Origin: a virus
Lineage: Duplodnaviria > Caudoviricetes
Virus record (IMG/VR): IMGVR_UViG_3300043447_000346
Span: 1 to 30,178 of that record
Strand: one strand, 5' to 3'
DNA length: 30,178 nt
A program made the position numbers and the translations under genes. Under the pieces are notes generated by a model. The model searched no databases. It saw nothing but the letters and a program-made list of their open reading frames with translations, and was not told the origin of the DNA. Below, piece after piece: positions 8,220 through 15,379 of the stretch. Each line of letters opens with the position of its first letter. Within the stretch, counting starts at the first letter, position 1.

Positions 8220-9725
8220 ATGGCCGCCATCATCGAGCCTCAGCGCGGCGCGCCCGCGAGTGGTCCGGGCATGTCCTACATGCTCGGATCCAAGATCTTC
8301 AACGCGCCGCTGATGATGCCGTTGACCGCGGCGCAGCGGTTGAAATCCGCGATCGATGCGCGGCAATTCGACGTGCCGGGCGGCCAGGTCTCGATCACCG
8401 GTCCGCAGGCCTCGAAATTCGTCGGCTCGGCCGCTGGTCGTAGCGGCTATCGCGTCACCGACGATGGTATTGCCATCGTGCCTGTGTCCGGCCTGCTGCT
8501 CGATCGCGGCGAATGGCTGGGCGACTATTACGGCATGGCGACCACGTACGAAGGGCTCGCCGAGCAGGTGCGCCGCATCATCAAAGACTCGGCCATCAAG
8601 GCCGTGATCCTCGACATCGATAGCCCCGGTGGCATGGCGGTCGGCTGCTTCGACTTCGCCGGTGCTGTGATGACGGAGTTGCGTAAAGCCAAGCGCGTCG
8701 TTGCCATTGCGCAAAACGACGCCTGCAGCGCCGCCTACGCCATCGCCGCAAGCGCGCACGAGGTGTTCACGACGGGGCTCGGCCAGACCGGCTCGATCGG
8801 CGTCATCTCGATGCACCAGAGCTACGCGCGTGCGCTTGATGCAGCCGGCATCGACACCACCATCGTGTTCGCCGGCGACAACAAGCCGCTCGGCAATCCA
8901 TACCAGGCGCTGGCGCATACTGCGCGCGCCGAGATGGCCGCGCAGATCGACAAGATTTACAACGTTTTCGTCGGCCACGTCGCGAAGGCGCGCGGCCTCG
9001 ACGAGGCCGCCATCCGCGCCATGGAGGCGCGCGTCTATTCTGGTGCGGATGCGGTCCGCGCCGGGCTCGTCGACGGCGTCAAGACGTTCGACGAGGTGCT
9101 CGCGTACGTGCGTGCGGGCTCGCCCCGGTCGCGCACGAAACAGCCTGCGGCGGCGCAGACCGCACCGGCCGCGTCCCGCCCCACAGGAGACCCCATGCCC
9201 CACACTGATTTGCAGGCCGCCGCCACGCAGGCGGAGGCGAACGACTACGCCCGCATCGTCGCCGAGGCGATGGCCAGCATCGCCGCTGGCGCACACCGTC
9301 AGCCGGCCCCCGCCGCAGCGGCTCAGCAGCCGCAGGCGCACGTGCAGACGCCGCCCGCGCCGGTCGCGGTTGCGGCAGCGCCGACCGTCGCGGCGGCAGA
9401 CCCGCGCGGCCGCATTCGCGAGATCCTCGCACTGCCTGCGGCAAAGACTCGATCAGCGCTCGCGCAGCACATCGCGCTCGAAACCGATGTCGACGTCGCG
9501 ACCGCGGCGAAGATCCTCGAGGTCGCGCCGGAAGCGTCGGCGACGCCGACCAATCCGCTTGCGGCGGCCATGCGCCAGCCGGGCACATCCGCCGGCGTCA
9601 AGCCCGACAGCGGTGTCGCGGCCGCGGGTGGTCGCGCGTCGGCAGCGGCGAGCGTCCCGAGTCTCGCCGACAAAATCAAGACGCAGCACCAGGCTGCACC
9701 CCGCAACACCATCCTCAAGAGGTAA
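8220..9725 (+). CDS. Prohead maturation protease (S49/SppA family, lambda gpC-like) fused to scaffold
   Basis: LDIDSPGG, ACSAAYAIAAS, TGSIGV and A...GLVDGV motifs; Ala/Pro-rich C-terminal scaffold part. Confidence 0.94.
   Translation: MAAIIEPQRGAPASGPGMSYMLGSKIFNAPLMMPLTAAQRLKSAIDARQFDVPGGQVSITGPQASKFVGSAAGRSGYRVTDDGIAIVPVSGLLLDRGEWLGDYYGMATTYEGLAEQVRRIIKDSAIKAVILDIDSPGGMAVGCFDFAGAVMTELRKAKRVVAIAQNDACSAAYAIAASAHEVFTTGLGQTGSIGVISMHQSYARALDAAGIDTTIVFAGDNKPLGNPYQALAHTARAEMAAQIDKIYNVFVGHVAKARGLDEAAIRAMEARVYSGADAVRAGLVDGVKTFDEVLAYVRAGSPRSRTKQPAAAQTAPAASRPTGDPMPHTDLQAAATQAEANDYARIVAEAMASIAAGAHRQPAPAAAAQQPQAHVQTPPAPVAVAAAPTVAAADPRGRIREILALPAAKTRSALAQHIALETDVDVATAAKILEVAPEASATPTNPLAAAMRQPGTSAGVKPDSGVAAAGGRASAAASVPSLADKIKTQHQAAPRNTILKR
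9195..9725 (+). CDS. Nested in-frame scaffolding protein (lambda Nu3-like, 176 aa)
   Basis: AGGAGA (9185-9190) precedes an in-frame ATG at 9195 (MPHTDLQ); RGRIREIL...LAQHIALETD...AAKIL resembles Nu3. Confidence 0.75.
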   Translation: MPHTDLQAAATQAEANDYARIVAEAMASIAAGAHRQPAPAAAAQQPQAHVQTPPAPVAVAAAPTVAAADPRGRIREILALPAAKTRSALAQHIALETDVDVATAAKILEVAPEASATPTNPLAAAMRQPGTSAGVKPDSGVAAAGGRASAAASVPSLADKIKTQHQAAPRNTILKR

Positions 9726-9728
9726 GCC

Positions 9729-10127
9729 ATGCCGCAAGTCGCAGAATATCCCCGTCTCGCCCATGACTGGCTGAAGCACGAAAGCGATCCGCAGCTGCAT
9801 CGCGAGACCGTCGTCATCGCGTCCGGCGCCGGCAACCTGAAAACCGGTACCGTGCTCGGTCGCGTGACGTCGTCCGGCAAGTACAAACGCCACGTCAACG
9901 GCGCCAGCGACGGCACCGAAACCGCGGTCGCGATCCTGCTGTCGCCGGCAGACGCCTCCTCGGCGGACGCCAAAGCGGTGGTCGTGTCCGGTTACGCCGA
10001 GATCGCGCCCGCCGAACTGACCTGGGACGCGAGCGTCGACGACGGGAGCGTCAACGCCAACAACAAAAAGAATGCCGCGCTGGCGCAGCTGGCGACCAGG
10101 TTCTTCCGCACGCGTCGTCTCGTCTGA
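9729..10127 (+). CDS. Head decoration protein (gpD/HDPD-like)
   Basis: RETVVIASGAG.LKTGTVLG, SDGTETAVAILL; lies between protease and capsid genes. Confidence 0.88.
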   Translation: MPQVAEYPRLAHDWLKHESDPQLHRETVVIASGAGNLKTGTVLGRVTSSGKYKRHVNGASDGTETAVAILLSPADASSADAKAVVVSGYAEIAPAELTWDASVDDGSVNANNKKNAALAQLATRFFRTRRLV

Positions 10128-10134
10128 ATGGTCT

Positions 10135-10158
10135 GCGGATGAACCGGGGTTCATCCGC
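10135..10158 (+). promoter_or_regulatory. Conserved stem-loop/palindrome upstream of the major capsid gene
   Basis: GCGGATGAAC-CGGG-GTTCATCCGC, perfect 10-bp stem; second copy at 14258-14281. Confidence 0.7.
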
Positions 10159-10187
10159 GTCTCCGCCCCTACTTTTCGAGGTCATCC

Positions 10188-11222
10188 ATGCCCGTCTACA
10201 GCGACTACCTGTCCGATCCGCGCTATGCTGTGCGGGCCATGTCGGACGCCATCATGGCCGTGCCCAACGAGTACGACCTGCTCGCGCGGCTCGGCCTGTT
10301 TCCCGAGGTCGGTATCCGCACGACTTACGTCGAAATCGAGGCCAAACAGGGCTCGCTCAACATCGTGCCGACGTCACTGCGCGGCGCGCCGGCGCCATAC
10401 CTCAAGCGTGACACGCGCAACCTGCGCATCATGAAGACCTTGTTCCAGTCGCTCAACGACAAGCTGGTGCCGAGCGACCTGCAAAACCTGCCCGCATTCG
10501 GCGACCCGAACGGCTTCGATATGTTCGACACGCTGCTCGCCGAGCGTTTCGACCGCCTGCGCGCGATCTATCGCCAGACGCACGAGTACTTCCGCTGGGG
10601 CGCTCTGCGCGGCGACGTCTACGACGCCGACGGCACCACCGTGCTGTACAACTGCTACACGGAAATGAACGAGGCGCAGCAGTCGTTCGACTTCCGGCTC
10701 GGCTCGACGAGCGGCGCCGGTCCAACGCAAGCGATCACCGACATCCGTCGCCATCATCAGCGCGAAGCCAAGGGAGAAACGGTCGGCCGCACGCTCGTGC
10801 TTGCCTCGCCGGGCTTCATGGACAAGCTGCGCACGCATCCGCAGTACGTCAAGCTGTGGGAGAACCAGCAGGCGCAGGCCAACCCGATCATCGACGGATT
10901 CTCGGCCTTCGTCACCGCCGATGCGATCTACATCGAGCACATCGGCGAGGCGTCGTACGTCGCCGAGGACGGTACTGTGACGACGCACAAATTCATCCCG
11001 AACAACGAGGCGATCGCCGTGCCCGAGGGTACGCGCCAGGTGTTCCGGTCCTACTTCGCGCCGGGCGAGATGATGAGCACGGTCAACTTGCCGGGCCAGG
11101 CCATGTACGTCTCGCTGAAAGAGCTCGACCACGATGCCGGCATCGAGATCCATACGCAGTCGGCGCCGCTGTTCGTGGTGCAGAAACCGCGTCTGGTCGG
11201 TCGCTGCTACAGCAGTAACTGA
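10188..11222 (+). CDS. Major capsid protein (lambda gpE family)
   Basis: 344 aa; LGLF..GIRTT.V.IE, PTSLRGAP, THEYFR.GALRG, YFAP...TVNLPG..Y, HTQSAPL motifs; GAGG RBS. Confidence 0.93.
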   Translation: MPVYSDYLSDPRYAVRAMSDAIMAVPNEYDLLARLGLFPEVGIRTTYVEIEAKQGSLNIVPTSLRGAPAPYLKRDTRNLRIMKTLFQSLNDKLVPSDLQNLPAFGDPNGFDMFDTLLAERFDRLRAIYRQTHEYFRWGALRGDVYDADGTTVLYNCYTEMNEAQQSFDFRLGSTSGAGPTQAITDIRRHHQREAKGETVGRTLVLASPGFMDKLRTHPQYVKLWENQQAQANPIIDGFSAFVTADAIYIEHIGEASYVAEDGTVTTHKFIPNNEAIAVPEGTRQVFRSYFAPGEMMSTVNLPGQAMYVSLKELDHDAGIEIHTQSAPLFVVQKPRLVGRCYSSN

Positions 11223-11231
11223 GTCATGCGC

Positions 11232-11259
11232 GAGCCCATGGGCGAACAGCCCATGGGTC
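11232..11259 (+). other. Stem-loop immediately downstream of the capsid gene (no U-tract)
   Basis: CCCATGGGC-GAACA-GCCCATGGG; each arm is itself palindromic. Confidence 0.55.
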
Positions 11260-11275
11260 ACTCTGAGGGGCACCC

Positions 11276-11611
11276 ATGAAGATCAAGATCACACACGACC
11301 ACGGCGCCGATGTCCGTCTCAACGCGATTTCGACGCGCCATCTGCCGAAGGGCTGGGCCGGTGACGTAGCCGACGATGTCGGCGCAGCGCTCGTCGCAGA
11401 GAAGAAGGCCGAGGCCGTCGCGACGGCGCCCGCTGATTTCACGGACGCGGAGCGCGACGTGCTGAAGCGCGCGGCGGCCGATGTTCTCGGCCAGCAGGTC
11501 AACGCTGATGCCGAGGCTGACGCCGATGATGACAGCACCGAGGATGGCGCGTTGCCGCTCGACGCTCCGAAGACGCGGCGCAAGAAGACCGCCACGAAAT
11601 CAGACGCATGA
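11276..11611 (+). CDS. Hypothetical head-associated protein (lambda FI position)
   Basis: GAGGGG RBS; 111 aa with acidic then basic C-terminus; ATGA overlap with the next gene. Confidence 0.7.
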   Translation: MKIKITHDHGADVRLNAISTRHLPKGWAGDVADDVGAALVAEKKAEAVATAPADFTDAERDVLKRAAADVLGQQVNADAEADADDDSTEDGALPLDAPKTRRKKTATKSDA

Positions 11612-11961
11612 GCTTTGATGCGCGCGCGTTGATCGACGCGCCGGTCATGGCGATCCTGTGTGACCCGGAGCCAGCGCTGTATCATCGCCGTACCGGGGGC
11701 ACGTTCGCCGCCGCCGTCCCTGTGGCGGCGATTTTCGATCGTGATCACGAGATGATCCTGACCGAGGTCGCAGCCAGCGAAATGAACGCCGCCGGGCACT
11801 CCACGACTAAGCCCGTACTGACGCTGCGGCCGAGCGATCTCGGCTTTGCGCCGGCGCAGGGCGACGAGGTCGTCGTCGAGGGGATCCGCTGGCGTGTCGT
11901 CGATGTGCAGCGTGACGGCCGCGATTGGGTCGATCTGATCCTCAAGGAAAAGACGCCATGA
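11608..11961 (+). CDS. Head-tail joining protein (lambda FII-like)
   Basis: PAQGDEVVVEGIRWRVVDVQRDG...LIL motif; synteny. Confidence 0.8.
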   Translation: MSFDARALIDAPVMAILCDPEPALYHRRTGGTFAAAVPVAAIFDRDHEMILTEVAASEMNAAGHSTTKPVLTLRPSDLGFAPAQGDEVVVEGIRWRVVDVQRDGRDWVDLILKEKTP

Positions 11962-12479
11962 CGCCGCTGCAGCTCGACGCGGTCGTGACGATGGTCAAGG
12001 ACCGTCTGATTGCCGCCGGCCTGTGCGGCGGTAGCGTCACCGCGTTTCGCGAGACGCCGACGCAGGAGGACGATCTGCCGACCGCCGACGTCTTCATTGG
12101 CGAAGACAGCGGCACGCCCGATGGCGATCCGCGCACCGGCCATGTGATGCTGATCCACGAGACCAAGCTCGGCATCGATATTCGCGCGGCGGCGCCGGAT
12201 GGCGTCGCGCTGCGCACGCTGCTCAGCACTGAGGCCATGAAAGTCTACGCGGTGATCCTGCCCGAATTCCACGATCTCATGCCCTACGCTGAAGGGCTCG
12301 CCGCCGCCCGCATCGCCTACGTCATTCCGCCCGAGTCCGGCGCTGTCATCGGTCGCGCCATGGTGCAATTCGAGATCCTGCATCGTCAGTCGTGGGAGCC
12401 GACCACGAACGACGCTTTCAACGCCATGACGATCACCACGCCAGGCGGACTGTCTGGCGGCGCCGCGCCGCAGCCATAG
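11958..12479 (+). CDS. Putative tail completion/terminator protein
   Basis: AAGGA RBS, ATGA overlap at 11958; R.TP..EDDLP...VF..ED pattern; position before the sheath gene. Confidence 0.6.
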   Translation: MTPLQLDAVVTMVKDRLIAAGLCGGSVTAFRETPTQEDDLPTADVFIGEDSGTPDGDPRTGHVMLIHETKLGIDIRAAAPDGVALRTLLSTEAMKVYAVILPEFHDLMPYAEGLAAARIAYVIPPESGAVIGRAMVQFEILHRQSWEPTTNDAFNAMTITTPGGLSGGAAPQP

Positions 12480-12491
12480 GACCCCCACATC

Positions 12492-12728
12492 ATGTCGACA
12501 CCCAAACGCGTGCTCGTCACGCCGACCGACGGCCTGCGCGTGCGCGATCCCGCAACGCCGCAGCGGCACATCGCCGCCACCGGCGAAGTGCTGCTCTGGA
12601 CGCCGGCCCTGCAGCGCCTCGCCGACGCCGGCGATGTGCGCATCGAGGCCGAGCCGCCGACCACAGACGGTGCGCTGCCGCTACCGACCCCCGCCCCTCG
12701 CGCCCCCGCCTCTAACAAGAAAGGCTGA
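12492..12728 (+). CDS. Small Mu gp38-like protein (DUF2635)
   Basis: VTPTDGLRVRDPAT...GEV...RLADAGDV, immediately before the sheath as in Mu-like tails. Confidence 0.8.
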   Translation: MSTPKRVLVTPTDGLRVRDPATPQRHIAATGEVLLWTPALQRLADAGDVRIEAEPPTTDGALPLPTPAPRAPASNKKG

Positions 12729-12733
12729 CCACC

Positions 12734-14251
12734 ATGCCGGTCTCATTCAACTCACTTCCGTCGACGCTGCGGTTGCCCTTGTTCTGGGGCGAACTCGACC
12801 CGAGCCGCGCCGGCACCGGCACGCCGTACGGCCGCGCTCTCGTGATGGGTATTCGCGGCTCGGGTGCGGCGCCGCTGCTGGTGCCGCGCCGCGTCGCCTC
12901 CAAGGTGCAGGCGCTCGAGGCGGCGGGTCGCGGCTCGCAGGGCGCCGACATGCTGGCCAAGGGCTGGCTCGTCAACAACACCTTCGACGAGGTCTGGTAT
13001 CTGCCGCTCGCCGAGCCGTCCGGTGGCACGGCTGCAGCCAATACCGCGACGGTGACCGGTCCGGCGACCGCATCGGGCATCATCCCGCTCTACATCGGCG
13101 GCGACTATGTGCCGGTCGCAGTCGTGGCCGGCGACAGCGCCAACACAATGGCGACCAAAATCGCTGCGGCCATCAACGCCGATCTCGATCTCGTCGTCAC
13201 GGCCGCCGCCGCGACCAACGTCGTCACGTCGACGCTGCGCTGGAAAGGCAGCGACGGCAACGATCTCGACATGCGCATCGGCCATCGCGACGAGGCCATG
13301 CCGGCCGGCGTCAGCGTCGCCGTCAACGCCTTCACGGGCGGCGTCGGTGTGCCCGATGTGGCGGCCGCGCTCGCCGCGCTCGCGGACTGGCCGGTCTACA
13401 CGTTCGTGCTGCCGTGGACTGACACGGCGAGCCTCGACGCGTTCCGGGATTTCATGGACTATCGCGGCGATGTCGGCCGCTGGTCGTGGGCTAAGCAGCT
13501 GTTTGGGCGTGGCATCACGTTCAAGAGCGGCACCGCCGGCGCGCTGCAGACATTCGGCAATGCGCGCAACGATCCGAGTGTGCGCTGCTATGGCTACCGC
13601 GGCTCGCCGACGCCGCCATGGCGTGCGGCCAGCCAGATCGCCGCTGTCGCGCACCGCTCGATGCTCGCCGACCCGGCGCGGCCGTGGCACACGCTGCGCG
13701 TCGCGGGGTTCCTGCCGGCCGCCGTGCCGCAGCGCTTCAGCAGCGGCGAGCAGAACGCGTTGTCCTACGATGGCATCTCCTGCCTGCAGGAGGAGGTCGA
13801 CGACGTCGTGTCGATCAAGACCTCGTTCACGATGTACCAGCGCAATGCGTTCGGCACCGACGACGACGCGATGCTCAAATCGCAGACGCTCGACACGATG
13901 GAGTACCTGCTGAAATCGATGCGCCATCGCATCGAGTCGAAGTACGGACGCCACAAACTCGGCAACGACGGCACGCGCTACGGTCCGGGTCAGGCCATCC
14001 TGACCCCGAAAGTGGCGAAGGCGGAGATCGGCGTGTCGCTGTATCGCGAGTGGGAGCATCTCGGCCTGGTCGAGAACGCGCGCGCCTTCATCGAGCACCT
14101 GATCGTCGAGCGCGATCCGACCAATCCGAACCGCCTCAACGTCCTGTTCCCGCCGGACGTGATCAATCAGCTCGACGTGTTCGCGGTGCTCGCGCAGTTC
14201 CGTCTGCAGTACCCCGACAAACTGCCCGAGCGCGCGCTCGCCATCGCGTGA
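12734..14251 (+). CDS. Tail sheath protein (Mu gpL-like, contractile tail)
   Basis: MPVSFNSLPSTLRLPLFWGE, DPARP..TL, YQRNAFG..DD, RHKLGNDGTRYGPGQAILTP, RDPTNPNRLNVLFPPDVINQL. Confidence 0.96.
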   Translation: MPVSFNSLPSTLRLPLFWGELDPSRAGTGTPYGRALVMGIRGSGAAPLLVPRRVASKVQALEAAGRGSQGADMLAKGWLVNNTFDEVWYLPLAEPSGGTAAANTATVTGPATASGIIPLYIGGDYVPVAVVAGDSANTMATKIAAAINADLDLVVTAAAATNVVTSTLRWKGSDGNDLDMRIGHRDEAMPAGVSVAVNAFTGGVGVPDVAAALAALADWPVYTFVLPWTDTASLDAFRDFMDYRGDVGRWSWAKQLFGRGITFKSGTAGALQTFGNARNDPSVRCYGYRGSPTPPWRAASQIAAVAHRSMLADPARPWHTLRVAGFLPAAVPQRFSSGEQNALSYDGISCLQEEVDDVVSIKTSFTMYQRNAFGTDDDAMLKSQTLDTMEYLLKSMRHRIESKYGRHKLGNDGTRYGPGQAILTPKVAKAEIGVSLYREWEHLGLVENARAFIEHLIVERDPTNPNRLNVLFPPDVINQLDVFAVLAQFRLQYPDKLPERALAIA

Positions 14252-14257
14252 TGCTTG

Positions 14258-14281
14258 GCGGGTGAACTGGGGTTCACCCGC
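14258..14281 (+). promoter_or_regulatory. Conserved stem-loop/palindrome upstream of the tail tube gene
   Basis: GCGGGTGAAC-TGGG-GTTCACCCGC; compensatory G-C pair replaces the A-T pair of the 10135 copy. Confidence 0.7.
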
Positions 14282-14307
14282 GTCCCTCCTCCTCAAGGAA
14301 ATCGCTC

Positions 14308-14673
14308 ATGTCCGAAAACCGCATCGCAGGCGTCGCCTATCTTAAGGTCGATGGCGCGCAATTCTCGATTGCCGGCAAATTCAAATACGCGGTCAACCGC
14401 GTCAAACGCGAGACGCTGGTCGGCCAGGACGGCGTCCATGGCTACAAAGAGATGCCGGTCGAACCGTACATCTCGGGTGATGTCCGCGACATGCCGGGCT
14501 CGCGCGTGCGCCGCCTCGAGGACATCGTCGATGCCACCATCACGCTCGAGCTGGCTAACGGCAAAACGGTCGTGCTGCGCAACGCGTGGTGGGCCGACGC
14601 CTCCGAGGTCGACACCGAGGAGGGCACGTATCCGGTCAAATTCTGCGGCCTCGACGGCGAGGAATTGACCTGA
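14308..14673 (+). CDS. Tail tube protein (Mu gpM-like)
   Basis: RIAGVAYLKVDG, RETLVGQDGVHGYKEMP..PYI, ATITLELANGK..VLRNAW; AAGGA RBS. Confidence 0.94.
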   Translation: MSENRIAGVAYLKVDGAQFSIAGKFKYAVNRVKRETLVGQDGVHGYKEMPVEPYISGDVRDMPGSRVRRLEDIVDATITLELANGKTVVLRNAWWADASEVDTEEGTYPVKFCGLDGEELT

Positions 14674-14681
14674 CGCATCTG

Positions 14682-14710
14682 CGGCGCGCGTGAGGGCGCG
14701 CGCCGTTTCT
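14682..14710 (+). terminator. Possible weak intrinsic terminator or stabilising hairpin after the tube gene
   Basis: CGGCGCGCG-TGAGGG-CGCGCGCCG followed by TTTCT. Confidence 0.5.
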
Positions 14711-14732
14711 CGCACACACACGGGGTCTCAGC

Positions 14733-15278
14733 ATGTTTTCGCGCCAGCAACCGCAGTCGCCACGTCGCATCGACACGGATGGCCTCGTGCCGCCGCTCGA
14801 GCAGCGCACCGCGCCACCACCGCGCGCCGCCGTCTACGATGACGGCATCATCGGCTCGCCCGGCATGGTCCCGGCCGCCGCATCTCCTCCCGTCGAGTCA
14901 CATCCTGTCGCGACGGTGCCGCCCGGCACTGTCGTGCTCAGCCGCGCCTATCAGGCGCACGGCGAGCCGGTGCAGCGCCTGACCTTCCGTGCGCCAACCA
15001 CGGGCGACCTGCAAAAGGTCAACGCCGCGCCGTTCAAGTTCACGCTGGGCGAACACGACGGCCGCGTCATCATCGACGACGTCGAGACCAACTGGAACGC
15101 CGTCGCGCAGTACATCGTGCTGCTGGCGTCGCCGCCATTGCCGTCCTCGACGGTTGGTCAACTCACACTCGACGATCTCGACACCTGCGCCGAGGCGCTC
15201 GTCCCTTTTTTCATGATGAAGTCAGCGTTCCGGATGCCATCGATGCAGCGTATTGGCTCGCCCTCCACTACCACGTGA
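14733..15278 (+). CDS. Tail assembly chaperone (Mu gp41/P2 gpE-like)
   Basis: VLSRAYQAHGEPVQRLTFRAPTTGDL...QLTLDD....VPFF; lies between tube and tape measure genes; start uncertain. Confidence 0.82.
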   Translation: MFSRQQPQSPRRIDTDGLVPPLEQRTAPPPRAAVYDDGIIGSPGMVPAAASPPVESHPVATVPPGTVVLSRAYQAHGEPVQRLTFRAPTTGDLQKVNAAPFKFTLGEHDGRVIIDDVETNWNAVAQYIVLLASPPLPSSTVGQLTLDDLDTCAEALVPFFMMKSAFRMPSMQRIGSPSTTT

Positions 15279-15367
15279 GTCCAGACGTGTTCCTGGCGTT
15301 GCCGCCCGAGGTGCTGGCGCGCCACGTCGACCGCACGCTGCGCATCAAGAAGCGGTTCAAGCTGTGA
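15203..15367 (+). other. Programmed -1 frameshift site (C CCT TTT TTC) and gpE'-like extension
   Basis: The -1 frame from 15206 reads FFHDEVSVPDAIDAAYWLALHYHVSPDVFLALPPEVLARHVDRTLRIKKRFKL* to TGA 15365-15367, filling the gap before the tape measure gene. Confidence 0.8.
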
Positions 15368-15379
15368 TGATGAGGGCCG

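Noticed and set aside
10135-14281. Hairpin pair as CRISPR repeats or IS terminal inverted repeats
   Set aside because: Only two copies about 4.1 kb apart, no spacers or cas genes, no transposase, and the enclosed genes are ordinary virion genes.
14255-14668. Alternative + strand ORFs overlapping the tube gene (14255-14668) and the capsid start (10072-10434)
   Set aside because: Off-frame, Arg/Ser-rich and motif-less; the overlapped frames carry clear family motifs.
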